Below, one piece after another: positions 27,514 to 37,292 of a stretch of 64,000 nucleotides of DNA (positions within the stretch are counted from its first letter, which is position 1; each line of letters starts with the position of its first letter). Source of the DNA: Candidatus Krumholzibacteriota bacterium (GTDB lineage Bacteria > Krumholzibacteriota > Krumholzibacteriia > Krumholzibacteriales > Krumholzibacteriaceae); NCBI GenBank assembly GCA_016932415.1, contig JAFGCX010000001.1:17934-81933 (forward strand), given 5' to 3'. The position numbers and the translations under genes are program-made. The notes beneath the pieces were generated by a model. That model made no database searches. It was not told the DNA's origin and worked only from the letters and a program-made list of their open reading frames with translations.

Positions 27514-29708
27514 CAGATGTCGACCTCGCTCTTGCAGGCGGGGCATTTGAGGTACTCTCCCTTTTTCTTTGACGTCTTCTGCACAAGGAATGCTTCGCCG
27601 CATTCAGGACATTTTTTGTCGGTCGGTTTGTCCCAGCTCGCGAATTTGCAATCAGGATATCTGCTACACCCGTAGAATACCTTTCCGCGTCGGGTCTTCT
27701 TTTCAGCGATCTTGCCATCGCATCCATCCTCCGGACACGGAATACCGAGAGTCACTGTTTCGGTATATTTGCATTCCGGATAATTGGAACAGGCGATAAA
27801 CCTTCCGAATCTCCCTGATTTGTATTTAAGTTCGCCGCCGCATTTCGGGCACTGCTTATCGAGCTTTTCTTCCTCTTCTACCGATTTCGCGAACTTGCAT
27901 TCCGGATATCCTGGACAGGCCAGGAATATCCCGTTACGGCTCCATTTTCTTATCAGTTTCTTACCGCATTTTTCACATTTCTCTTCAGTTTCTTCCTGGA
28001 ACATCTTTTTATATTCAGCCTGTTTACCCTTGAATTGTTCAAGATCGGCCGAAAGCGGTTCGTAGAAATATCTGACCGCGTCCTGCCACTTGTCCAGTGA
28101 TTCCTCGACCTTGTCGAGTTCGTCTTCCATCCTCGCGGTGAAATCGATTTCGAAAATATCGTTGAAGATCGCGGAAAGGGACCGCCAGACAACTTCCCCG
28201 AGTTCGGTGGGTTTCAGGGACTTACCCTCCCTTACGGCGTAATCCCGGGACAGAATGATGCTGATAATGCTCGCGTATGTACTCGGCCTTCCAATACCCT
28301 TGTCTTCGAGTTCCTTTATAAGGGAAGCTTCGGTAAATCTCGCTGGAGCCTCGGTGAATTTTTGAGTACCGTCGAAATCCTTGATGAACAGTTCCTCCCC
28401 GCTTTCCATGTCGGGGATCCACGAGTCTTCCTCTTTTTTCCTGTCGGGAAAGATCGCCAGGAATCCTTCCGATTTTATCTTTCTTCCGTTTGCCCTGAGA
28501 AGATATCTCTCGCCCGATTTTATGTCGGCTTCCCGTGTGCTGTAAACAGCCGGAGCGGCTATTGATGCGAGAAATCTCATCCAGATAAGACTGTACAGCG
28601 CAAGCTGGTCTTTTTCGAGATATGGCGCGACATTTTCGGGAGTCTTGAACGAATCAGTGGGCCTGATAGCTTCGTGAGCGTCCTGGCTCCCTTTCAGCTT
28701 TTTATATCCCCTTTTGCCTTGAAAGACAAATGAGCTTCCGTATTTTTCCTCTATGAACGCCTTTCCCTGCTGAAAAGCGTCGGTACTGATCCTGGTCGAA
28801 TCGGTCCTCATATAACTGATCAGTCCGACAGAACCCTCTTCGCCGATCGTCAGCCCCTCATAAAGCTGTTGCGCCACTACCATCGTTTTTTTCGCGGAGA
28901 ATCCGAGACGGCTTGCCGCCTCTCTCTGCAAAGTGCTGGTGATGAACGGCGGCTGGGGATTCCTGTTTTTATCCTTTTCGACTACTTTATCTACGAAGAG
29001 CTTTCCGGTCCTGATATCGGAGAGTATCTGCTCAGCTATCTCACCAGATGGTATTTCTGGCGTATTTCCATCGATCTTGAAGAGACGGGCTGGAAACTCC
29101 GCGCCTTCAGCCGTCTTGAGGACTCCATCGACTGTCCAGTATTCCTGTGGCTTGAAATCCCGTATCAGGTTTTCCCGCTCGCAAAGCAGGCGAAGTCCGA
29201 CTGACTGGACTCTACCCGCCGACAACCCGCGGTAAAAGACTTTCCACAACGCCGGACTGACGAGATACCCGACCAGCCTGTCGAGGATCCTTCTCGCCTG
29301 CTGGGCGTTCACCTTGTTCATATCCAGATCACGCGGATTTTCAACAGCTTCCTTGATAGCGTTTGCCGTTATCTCGTTGAATATTATTCTTTTCGATGGC
29401 ACACCGGTCTTTTTAAGTATTTCGTTCAGATGCCACGCTATCGCTTCTCCTTCACGGTCCATATCAGTCGCCAGCAGGATCTCGGAACTTTTACCGGCAG
29501 TGTCCCTGAGTTCCTTGATTATTTTGCTCTTGCTGCGGTCATTGACATACTTCGGCTCAAAATCCTTATCGAGGTCTATTCCAAGTTCCTTTTTAGGCAG
29601 ATCCCGGATATGGCCTACGGAAGCTTTCACCTTGTATCCCTTGCCAAGGTATTTTTTTATTGTCTTTGCCTTGGCCGGCGACTCGACTATGACGAGTATC
29701 TGGTCCAA
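27513..29708 (-). CDS. topA: DNA topoisomerase I
   Basis: IVESPAKAKTI, SAGRVQS, AQQLYEG, ISYMRTDS (catalytic Tyr), GIGRPSTY, C-terminal Zn ribbons. Confidence 0.97.
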   Translation of the reverse strand: MDQILVIVESPAKAKTIKKYLGKGYKVKASVGHIRDLPKKELGIDLDKDFEPKYVNDRSKSKIIKELRDTAGKSSEILLATDMDREGEAIAWHLNEILKKTGVPSKRIIFNEITANAIKEAVENPRDLDMNKVNAQQARRILDRLVGYLVSPALWKVFYRGLSAGRVQSVGLRLLCERENLIRDFKPQEYWTVDGVLKTAEGAEFPARLFKIDGNTPEIPSGEIAEQILSDIRTGKLFVDKVVEKDKNRNPQPPFITSTLQREAASRLGFSAKKTMVVAQQLYEGLTIGEEGSVGLISYMRTDSTRISTDAFQQGKAFIEEKYGSSFVFQGKRGYKKLKGSQDAHEAIRPTDSFKTPENVAPYLEKDQLALYSLIWMRFLASIAAPAVYSTREADIKSGERYLLRANGRKIKSEGFLAIFPDRKKEEDSWIPDMESGEELFIKDFDGTQKFTEAPARFTEASLIKELEDKGIGRPSTYASIISIILSRDYAVREGKSLKPTELGEVVWRSLSAIFNDIFEIDFTARMEDELDKVEESLDKWQDAVRYFYEPLSADLEQFKGKQAEYKKMFQEETEEKCEKCGKKLIRKWSRNGIFLACPGYPECKFAKSVEEEEKLDKQCPKCGGELKYKSGRFGRFIACSNYPECKYTETVTLGIPCPEDGCDGKIAEKKTRRGKVFYGCSRYPDCKFASWDKPTDKKCPECGEAFLVQKTSKKKGEYLKCPACKSEVDI

Positions 29709-29721
29709 TATGATCTCCCAT

Positions 29722-30162
29722 TCAATTAAGATTCTTCAACGAATCGCCTGAGCCCTCTACTATTTCTCCCGGCACTTCAGGGGCGAACCTCATCACAAGT
29801 TCTTTTATTTCATTGACCGACACGGGAAGACTGAATTCCATACCCGCGTTTTCTATGATTATGCTGAGCTGTGCTTCACTGAGCCAGCCTGCCATCTGCA
29901 GCTTTATCAGGTAACCCTGGGCATCCGTTGAAAGAAGGATCTTTTCTCCCTCTCCAAGGACCCTGTTCTTCGTGTACAGCGCCGATCCTGATCCGAAGTC
30001 TTCTTCAAGTATCCCGAAATCGAGAATTGTAATCGCCTGATCGATCTCATCCCTTGAATAACCCATCTTTTCGAGCTCGTTGTTCATTCCATCGGGATCA
30101 ATCAAATCGCTGGACTCAAAATCCATGATGTATTCGATGATCTCCTTGATGCGCTTGTTCAT
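29722..30162 (-). CDS. DUF494 / Smg family protein
   Basis: L..MGY...EI..A and R.L...EK..LS.DAQGYL..L patterns; position directly upstream of topA. Confidence 0.7.
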   Translation of the reverse strand: MNKRIKEIIEYIMDFESSDLIDPDGMNNELEKMGYSRDEIDQAITILDFGILEEDFGSGSALYTKNRVLGEGEKILLSTDAQGYLIKLQMAGWLSEAQLSIIIENAGMEFSLPVSVNEIKELVMRFAPEVPGEIVEGSGDSLKNLN

Positions 30163-30214
30163 CCTTCTCCCTGCCCGGTACCAGATCCATTACGTTTTGA
30201 AAAACGAATAATGC

Positions 30215-33200
30215 CTATACAGCTTCCTTTCCGCAACACTTTTTATACTTTTTCCCGCTACCGCAGGGACACGGATCGTTTCTTCCTACTTTCGGCATAT
30301 CGCGCTGTACAGGCTCCGCGATCTTCTGCGGCGGCGGGATCTGCCCGCCCTTAACCTGCCTGGATCCAGTGGTTTCAGGAGCCGCGCTACTCTTCGCGCT
30401 GCCGTAGGCATCGGTCACCTGGTGGATCGCCACTCCGGAACTTGCCACTTTATTCCTTTCATTCCTCGGGTCCCTGTCAAACCTGGCGTGAAAAAGTCCC
30501 CATAATATCGATCGGTCGATATCGTCCAGCATGTCAGAGAATAACTGGAATGCTTCCTGTTTATATTCGACAAGGGGATCCTTCTGGGCGTACGACCTGA
30601 AATGGATCCCTTCCTTGAGGTTGTCCAGTTCGCGAAGGTGATCCATCCATTTCTCATCTATACTCTGAAGCATGATCAATCGGCCCAGCTGACCGAGGAT
30701 CTCGGCAGGTATCGCAGATTTCCTGATCTCATAAGCGGCTATCGCCGTGTCACGCAGATGATCGAGCAAGACCTGCTGGTCCTTGATCGAATTTTCCGAA
30801 AGCGATTCCACCTCGAACGGCACAAGAAACGTATTTTCAAGATCAGCCGTGGCGCCGGAAATATCCCATTCTTCAGGGCTGAGATTTTCGGGAAGGAATC
30901 TCTCGGCGATATATCCTATGACGCTTTCCACAAGGTTCTTCACCATTTCATCTATATCTTCGACTTCTAGCATCTCGTTTCTTCTGCCGTATATGACCTC
31001 GCGCTGCTTGTTCATCACGTCGTCATACTCGAGAAGTCTCTTTCGGATCCCGAAGTTGTACATTTCGACGCGTTTCTGCGATTTCTCTATCGCCCGCGTT
31101 ATAAAGGGGTGAGTTATGACCTCTCCCTCTTCGATCCCGAGCTTGTCCATCACCGTCGATATCCGTTCAGAACCGAAAAGCCTCATAAGATCGTCTTCCA
31201 GGGATGTGAAGAACCTTGAAGATCCAGGATCTCCCTGCCTTCCGGCGCGTCCTCTGAGCTGACGGTCTATGCGTCTCGATTCGTGCCTCTCTGTCCCTAT
31301 TATTTGCAGGCCGCAGGGCACATCCTCGGCGCAATCAGTTTTTTTGCCCGTATTCGGACATTCATCGCAGGCGCTGGGAGTCTCACAGAGAATGCAGCAT
31401 CTCTCGCATTGGACAATCTCCCTGTCGAGCTTTATATCGGTTCCTCTTCCAGCCATGTTGGTGGCTATAGTGACAGCTCCTTTTTTCCCGGCCAACGACA
31501 CGATCTCGGCTTCACTCTGATGCTGTTTCGCGTTCAGCACGTTATGCGCGATGCCTTCTCTTTTAAGCATCCTGCTCAGCGTCTCAGAGACTTCCACGGT
31601 TACCGTTCCTACAAGTACGGGGAGCCCCTTTTCATTGAATCTTTTTATTTCCTCAAGAATAGCTTTGTATTTCTCTCTTTTTGTCCGGAATATGACGTCA
31701 TCGTAATCAATTCTGCGAACAGGCTTGTTTGTCGGTATGACATTGACGTCAAGTTTATATATCTTGTGGAACTCCTCTTCCTCTGTTTCGGCCGTACCAG
31801 TCATTCCGGCGAGTTTCTCGTACATCCTGAAATAGTTCTGAAGGGTTATAGTCGCGAATGTCTGCGTCTCCCCCTCGATCCTGACCTTCTCCTTCGCTTC
31901 CAGGGCCTGGTGAAGTCCGTCGCTGAATCTTCTGCCCGGCATCAATCTGCCTGTGAATTCATCGACGATCAACACCCGTCCGTCCTGAACGACGTACTCG
32001 ACATCTTTTTCGAAGAGGGTGTAGGCTTTGAATAACTGCGAAAAACTGTGAAGTATCTCGCTTTTTTGAGCATAACTCCTGTAGGCAAGATCCTTTTTCC
32101 GGATACGTTCCTTTATATCGATCGACTCGTCAGATTCTATTTCCTTGATAATCAGGCTGAGATCGGGAAGGACGAACAACTCCTGATCCTCTACCGAAAG
32201 GACAGCCCGACCCTTGTCGGTAAGGTCTATAGTGTTCGATTTCTCGTCTATTACGAAATAGAGTTCCTCATCGAGCTCATGCAATCTCTTCTCTCTCATG
32301 AAATCCGCTTCTGCCCTGAGCATCAGTTTTTCATACCCTGGTATTTTCCGCAGTTTCATGAATTTCTTGTTTTTCGGGTCTCCCCTCCTGGCCAGCAGAA
32401 GCTTCACTCCGATATCGTCGTCTTCCTCCCCTTCTACATCTTCCTGGATTTTTTCCAGATCGTTCATGAAATCATTTACCAGTCGCTTCTGCATGCGCAC
32501 CAGGTTATCGACCTTGTTCCTTAGAAAAGCGAAATTCTCGTTTTTTGACGAGCCCTGGACAGGTCCCGATATGATCAGCGGCGTCCTTGCCTCATCGACC
32601 AGCACGCTGTCCACCTCGTCTACTATCGCGTAATAGTGATAAAGCTGGACCTGGTGCTCCTTCTGCATCTTCATGTTATCCCTGAGATAGTCAAAGCCGA
32701 ATTCGTTGTTGGTACCGTAGATTATATCGCAACTGTAAACAGCTTTCTTCTCCTCTGGCGGCATATCGTTCTGAAGACATCCGACTGTCAATCCGAGGAA
32801 CCTGTATATCTCCCCCATCCACTCGGAATCCCTTTTCGCCAGATAATCGTTGACCGTGACCAGGTGAACGCCTTTTTTCACAAGAGCGTTGAGGTAGAGC
32901 GGCATGACCGCGACAAGGGTTTTGCCTTCCCCTGTCGCCATCTCCGATATCGAACCCTCGTGCAGGACGATCGCTCCGCCTATCTGAACGTCAAAAGGGA
33001 CCATTTCCCAGGTGATATCATGCCCAACGACCTTCCAACTCTTGCCCAGATGCCTTCTGCACGCTTCATAGACCAGCCCGAAAGCCTCAGGCATTAACTC
33101 GTCAGTCGTCTCGCCCCCGGCAATCCTCTTTATGAATTCCCCGGTTTTTTCCGGAAACTTCTCGTCTGGAAGATCGGAGTATTTTTCAGCCCATTCCCTG

Positions 33201-33283
33201 ACGGCTGCTATACCAGGTTCGAGCCTTTTCATCAGACGCGTCTTGCGATCTCCTACAAACTTGTTAAGAATATTTTTCAGCAA
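30215..33283 (-). CDS. secA: Preprotein translocase ATPase SecA
   Basis: [66 protein letters not shown] motif [13 protein letters not shown]. Confidence 0.97.
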   Translation of the reverse strand: MLKNILNKFVGDRKTRLMKRLEPGIAAVREWAEKYSDLPDEKFPEKTGEFIKRIAGGETTDELMPEAFGLVYEACRRHLGKSWKVVGHDITWEMVPFDVQIGGAIVLHEGSISEMATGEGKTLVAVMPLYLNALVKKGVHLVTVNDYLAKRDSEWMGEIYRFLGLTVGCLQNDMPPEEKKAVYSCDIIYGTNNEFGFDYLRDNMKMQKEHQVQLYHYYAIVDEVDSVLVDEARTPLIISGPVQGSSKNENFAFLRNKVDNLVRMQKRLVNDFMNDLEKIQEDVEGEEDDDIGVKLLLARRGDPKNKKFMKLRKIPGYEKLMLRAEADFMREKRLHELDEELYFVIDEKSNTIDLTDKGRAVLSVEDQELFVLPDLSLIIKEIESDESIDIKERIRKKDLAYRSYAQKSEILHSFSQLFKAYTLFEKDVEYVVQDGRVLIVDEFTGRLMPGRRFSDGLHQALEAKEKVRIEGETQTFATITLQNYFRMYEKLAGMTGTAETEEEEFHKIYKLDVNVIPTNKPVRRIDYDDVIFRTKREKYKAILEEIKRFNEKGLPVLVGTVTVEVSETLSRMLKREGIAHNVLNAKQHQSEAEIVSLAGKKGAVTIATNMAGRGTDIKLDREIVQCERCCILCETPSACDECPNTGKKTDCAEDVPCGLQIIGTERHESRRIDRQLRGRAGRQGDPGSSRFFTSLEDDLMRLFGSERISTVMDKLGIEEGEVITHPFITRAIEKSQKRVEMYNFGIRKRLLEYDDVMNKQREVIYGRRNEMLEVEDIDEMVKNLVESVIGYIAERFLPENLSPEEWDISGATADLENTFLVPFEVESLSENSIKDQQVLLDHLRDTAIAAYEIRKSAIPAEILGQLGRLIMLQSIDEKWMDHLRELDNLKEGIHFRSYAQKDPLVEYKQEAFQLFSDMLDDIDRSILWGLFHARFDRDPRNERNKVASSGVAIHQVTDAYGSAKSSAAPETTGSRQVKGGQIPPPQKIAEPVQRDMPKVGRNDPCPCGSGKKYKKCCGKEAV

Positions 33284-33408
33284 TATAATAACCTCCAGTC
33301 AATCTGGAACATAGTACACTCTCCGGCCATAATCAAGCACGCTGAAAACTTATCAGTAATCCGTTTTTTCGGGAATTGTCTGCTGTCATCCATCCTGACG
33401 TATGGTCA

Positions 33409-35346
33409 TCAGAGTTCTCCCTTGACAGAGACGGCATGCAGATATCCCTGATTTGACCCGAAAAATATCCTGTCGCCGTCCGTGGCCGGGGAGGAATAAA
33501 CAGGAGATTCGATCTTGTACTCGCCCAAGAGACTGCCGGTCTTGATATCAATCGCATATACTTTTGAGTTATAAACTGTTACAATGATCATATCATCCAT
33601 TATCAGAGGCTTCGATCTTACTGCCCCTCCCAGATCAGCCTTCCAGGCGAGCCGGCCGTTGTATGTTATCGCGTAGAAGACTCCGTCTTCCGACCCTATA
33701 TAAAGGTTTACCCCGTCAGTCTCTGGTTTTCCGCGCATCTTGCTGCCACCGGGGAACCTCCACATCAGGTGGCCGTTCGAGATGGAATAGGCATAGACGT
33801 ACTTGTCGTCAGACCCGAAGAACACCAGGTCCTTATCGACAGCCATCAAGGGATTTGAATATATCCCTCCACCCGGTTTTACCCTCCATTCGATCCTTCC
33901 CGCCTGACTGAGCCTGACAAGCGATCCGTCAGTAGTCGCCGCTATGATGCAATCTTCCGATACTGCCGGGGACGCCCATATTCCGCTGCCCAGCTTTTCG
34001 ATCCAGTTGCGCTTGCCGCCCGCAAGGTCAAGAGAGATAAGGTTCCCTTCCATCGTCCCTAGCACGACAGTCCCGCCCGTGATCCTCGGTGTCGTAATTA
34101 TCTTTTCCTGCGAATCATAATTCCATAGCCTCTCGCCTGTCGAACGGTCGAGACGAAATATGTTGCCGGTATAATCAGCCCCAATACACAGGGGGCCGCT
34201 GAAGAACGGTGAAGAGCCGACACCCTCCTCAGCTTTATATTTCCATCTTAACGTCCCGTCTGTTCCGTAAGAATATATATACGCGTCCCTGCATCCGAAT
34301 ACGATCTGCCCGTCGTCGACCGATGGAGATGATGTCACTGGAGCGTCGAATTTCCTTTTCCAGGATTCGACGAACTCCCCGGGGCGCATTACCCGGCCAG
34401 TATCCTTTACCGTGGGCTGATCCGCGACACTGTCACTTCCATCCTGATTACGCGTCTCGCTGCCTGCTGGCCCGGCAATATTTGTTTCCTCTTCAGGAGC
34501 TACAGTATTTTCATCCTGGACCGACAGGAGCGGTTCATCCCGCAATGTGTCCGACGTACGATACCTGTCGAACGGTTTAAATATGAAAAGTATTGCGACT
34601 ATTATTGCCAACCCACCCGTAATATAAGGTGCCTTGCTCCTGATCATGCTTCTACTCCTTGAATCTTTCGCGGTTGTTTTCGGGTCTCTTTCATCACCAT
34701 CCCAGTGCATAACGGGGAAGGTCGTTTCCGAACCTGTTGAAATGATCTCCGGGTCAGTGAACTTTACAGAGGGGAAAAAAAGGTTGTCTCTGATCGACAC
34801 GATATTCTGCCCTATGAATTCCTGGGACGGAGCAAAAACGAGAGTATGTCTCCCTTTTGCGATCCTGAACCTGTAAAGGCGAAAATAATCATCGACGCTT
34901 TTCTCGAAGAGTTCTGCCTGAAAACGCTCTTTACCCACGGCGCTTTCTTTCAATCCGGGCAACGTCTTTACAGGTCCCTCGAACTTTCTGGCAGAATCAT
35001 AATAAAGTATCTCCGTGGCTTTACTGCAGAGAAGGCTGACCTCACGCCCTCTTCGAATCATGATGACGACCAACGATCCGGAAAGAGATTCTTCGCTGAA
35101 CTCAAGGTTATCGACGGAAGCCGAGAAACTCTCGATCACCTTCTGAAAATATCGGGAAGGATCCCCCAGCCTTGAATTTGAAAGGGAAAGCCGGAAAAGC
35201 CTCTGGATCGCCTGTTCCGATTCCCTCTCCGGAGTGGAGAAAAAGACAAAAAACTCCTCACCGCGGGAATTGGTAGGGTTTTCATGATATACGAACGATT
35301 CCCTGTCCTTATCGCTACCCTGGCAGATAAAACACGTATTTCTCAT
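33409..35346 (-). CDS. Membrane protein: PP2C-like N-terminal domain, single TM, BamB/PQQ-like beta-propeller
   Basis: TM GGLAIIVAILFIF; about 8 repeats of the SSP..G..D....A.D..G...W type. ATG 35346 has SD GAGGTGG. Confidence 0.72.
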   Translation of the reverse strand: MRNTCFICQGSDKDRESFVYHENPTNSRGEEFFVFFSTPERESEQAIQRLFRLSLSNSRLGDPSRYFQKVIESFSASVDNLEFSEESLSGSLVVIMIRRGREVSLLCSKATEILYYDSARKFEGPVKTLPGLKESAVGKERFQAELFEKSVDDYFRLYRFRIAKGRHTLVFAPSQEFIGQNIVSIRDNLFFPSVKFTDPEIISTGSETTFPVMHWDGDERDPKTTAKDSRSRSMIRSKAPYITGGLAIIVAILFIFKPFDRYRTSDTLRDEPLLSVQDENTVAPEEETNIAGPAGSETRNQDGSDSVADQPTVKDTGRVMRPGEFVESWKRKFDAPVTSSPSVDDGQIVFGCRDAYIYSYGTDGTLRWKYKAEEGVGSSPFFSGPLCIGADYTGNIFRLDRSTGERLWNYDSQEKIITTPRITGGTVVLGTMEGNLISLDLAGGKRNWIEKLGSGIWASPAVSEDCIIAATTDGSLVRLSQAGRIEWRVKPGGGIYSNPLMAVDKDLVFFGSDDKYVYAYSISNGHLMWRFPGGSKMRGKPETDGVNLYIGSEDGVFYAITYNGRLAWKADLGGAVRSKPLIMDDMIIVTVYNSKVYAIDIKTGSLLGEYKIESPVYSSPATDGDRIFFGSNQGYLHAVSVKGEL

Positions 35347-35438
35347 ATTCAACCACCTCACGACGTGACCCTAGCCGTAAAATGGCAAAAAATCAATACA
35401 AAACAACGGGATTTCCATTACTCTCGGGCGAGGAGATC

Positions 35439-36122
35439 TCAGGAATGACTGAAGATGTTCTTAAAGGCAGAGAAAGCTTTGGTGATCGGCCCAGTCTCCA
35501 CTTCTCCGGAATCTGACAGTTTTGAAAGGAATTTCTTCGCTATGGGGTTCTGCGGATCCCATTTCAGGGCATCCCTGAAATACTTGACAGCCTGGTTTTT
35601 CAGTCCCGCCTTAAAATAGACGAATCCAAGGTTGGCGTGATAGTCCGCGTTATAGAACTCCATCTGAATCGCTTTTTTGCAGTAATCGCGCGCTTCATGA
35701 AGATTTGAATTCGTCATCGCCAGGCAGAATCCATACCAGCTCTGATATGAAGGATTGCCCGGGATGAATTTCAGGGCCGATTTCAGCAGAAGCGTGGCTT
35801 TTTCGTAATTTCCGCTTCTCATCGCTTCTTTTGCCTGTACAAAGGCGAGCGACGCGGATTTCAGATCCTTTTCCTTGATCGCGGCAGTATCGCTGGAACT
35901 GACCTTCTGTTTTCGCAGGGTCTCGTTATATTCGCTTCTTTTTTTCTTGTCGCTCAGTACTGAGTAAGCTTCGTTGATAAGCTGGAAGATCTTTTTCTTG
36001 TCGGGATCGTTATCATTTACGTCAGGATGGCACAGCTTTGCCAGCCTGAAATAGTTCTTCTTGATCTCATCGTCAGTCGAAGTCGGTTGTGATTCCAAAA
36101 CCCTGTAATAATCTTTCACCAC
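35439..36122 (-). CDS. DnaJ-domain + TPR protein
   Basis: DYYRVL...IKKNY..LA..CHPD..F.LINEAYSVLSD..KR.EY, followed by about 3 TPRs. Confidence 0.85.
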   Translation of the reverse strand: MVKDYYRVLESQPTSTDDEIKKNYFRLAKLCHPDVNDNDPDKKKIFQLINEAYSVLSDKKKRSEYNETLRKQKVSSSDTAAIKEKDLKSASLAFVQAKEAMRSGNYEKATLLLKSALKFIPGNPSYQSWYGFCLAMTNSNLHEARDYCKKAIQMEFYNADYHANLGFVYFKAGLKNQAVKYFRDALKWDPQNPIAKKFLSKLSDSGEVETGPITKAFSAFKNIFSHS

Positions 36123-36128
36123 TGTGAT

Positions 36129-37070
36129 CTACCTCTTGCTCGGTTCAGGCTGAAGTTCGTCGTAAAGATTAATCGCCAGTTCATTCGCCGGATCAGCTTT
36201 AAGGATCAACTTCAGATGTTTTATCGCTTCTTCCGCGGAACCCTTTTCATACAATGTCAAAGCTATATTCATCCGGGCTTTTAAATATTCCGGGTTGATC
36301 TTCAGCGCCGTTTCGAATTCCATCATCGCGTCATCTATCATCCCGGCGTTCGCGTAGGCGATGCCGAGGAGATTGTGAAGGTCGGGATAGTCGGGATTAA
36401 GCGAGAGCGCCTTCTTCATCTCAGCCATAGCCGATTCGTAATCGCCGGACTGGATCGATTCCAGCGCGATCTGCTTGCTTATCTGCGAGGATGACGGCCT
36501 TTCCTCAAGCAATCTGTCAAAGAGGTTCAGGATCTCGTCCTCTTCCTCGTCCGCCTTGACTTTTAGAATCAGGGTATTAAGATGGGACTTGAAAAAATTC
36601 GGTACCGAGGACAGGCTTTCTCTTAGCTGTTCGATCGTTCTGTTGAAATTACCATCCGAATAGTAGCTCCTGGCGAGCATTATCCTGGCTTTGAAGTAAT
36701 TCGGGTTTATCGCCAGAGCCCTTTTAATGCTTTCCCGGGCATTTATCCTGTTTCCACCCGTCTCGTACATCATTCCAAGCCGGTAATGGACATCGGCGTA
36801 CCGAGGCTGGAGCTCTATCGCTTTTTCCAGCTCCCTGGCCGATTCATTGAACTTTCCATCTTTTTCCAGTTCGATCGAATACTCCATGTACGCTTCGACG
36901 ATATACATCCTGAGAAGTTCCTGGTCTTTACCTCCGACCTCGCCGTCTTTTCTTGAGAGATGGCTTTCGAATTCCCTGCAGGCCTTTTTGTATTCACCCT
37001 TGTTCAGATATGCAAGTGCTTTTTTAAGATGACTTTTGGGCATAAAACCGGCGAATCCGTCTATAAACAT
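36129..37070 (-). CDS. Tetratricopeptide repeat protein
   Basis: Repeats A..LQPRYADVHYRLG, ALAINPNY..A, ALSLNPDYPDLHNLLG, ALKINPEY. Start moved to ATG 37070 (SD GAGAGG). Confidence 0.85.
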   Translation of the reverse strand: MFIDGFAGFMPKSHLKKALAYLNKGEYKKACREFESHLSRKDGEVGGKDQELLRMYIVEAYMEYSIELEKDGKFNESARELEKAIELQPRYADVHYRLGMMYETGGNRINARESIKRALAINPNYFKARIMLARSYYSDGNFNRTIEQLRESLSSVPNFFKSHLNTLILKVKADEEEDEILNLFDRLLEERPSSSQISKQIALESIQSGDYESAMAEMKKALSLNPDYPDLHNLLGIAYANAGMIDDAMMEFETALKINPEYLKARMNIALTLYEKGSAEEAIKHLKLILKADPANELAINLYDELQPEPSKR

Positions 37071-37292
37071 ACTGTTGACCTCTCGTTGTCTATCCGGCGA
37101 GAATGTAATTCCACAAACCCAAAGCCGGTACAAGCAAGTCGCAGGCCAATCATTGAATATCGCTTAAGTTATTTATCCAGTGGAGAATAGGTGGTGGAAT
37201 CATCATCCTGAATCAGGATGTTATGCTGGTCTGTATGCGGGTCTCGCAATCAAACTGTTCAAGGCAGTCGCATTTTGCGATCTGTTCAGGTA

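Noticed and set aside
27470..27727. Apparent long overlap or frameshift between topA and trmFO
   Set aside because: The real trmFO start is ATG 27513 (1-bp overlap); the extension is an ORF-caller artefact.
31305..31420. Intein in SecA
   Set aside because: Only ~35 aa, with no terminal His-Asn or Hint motifs.
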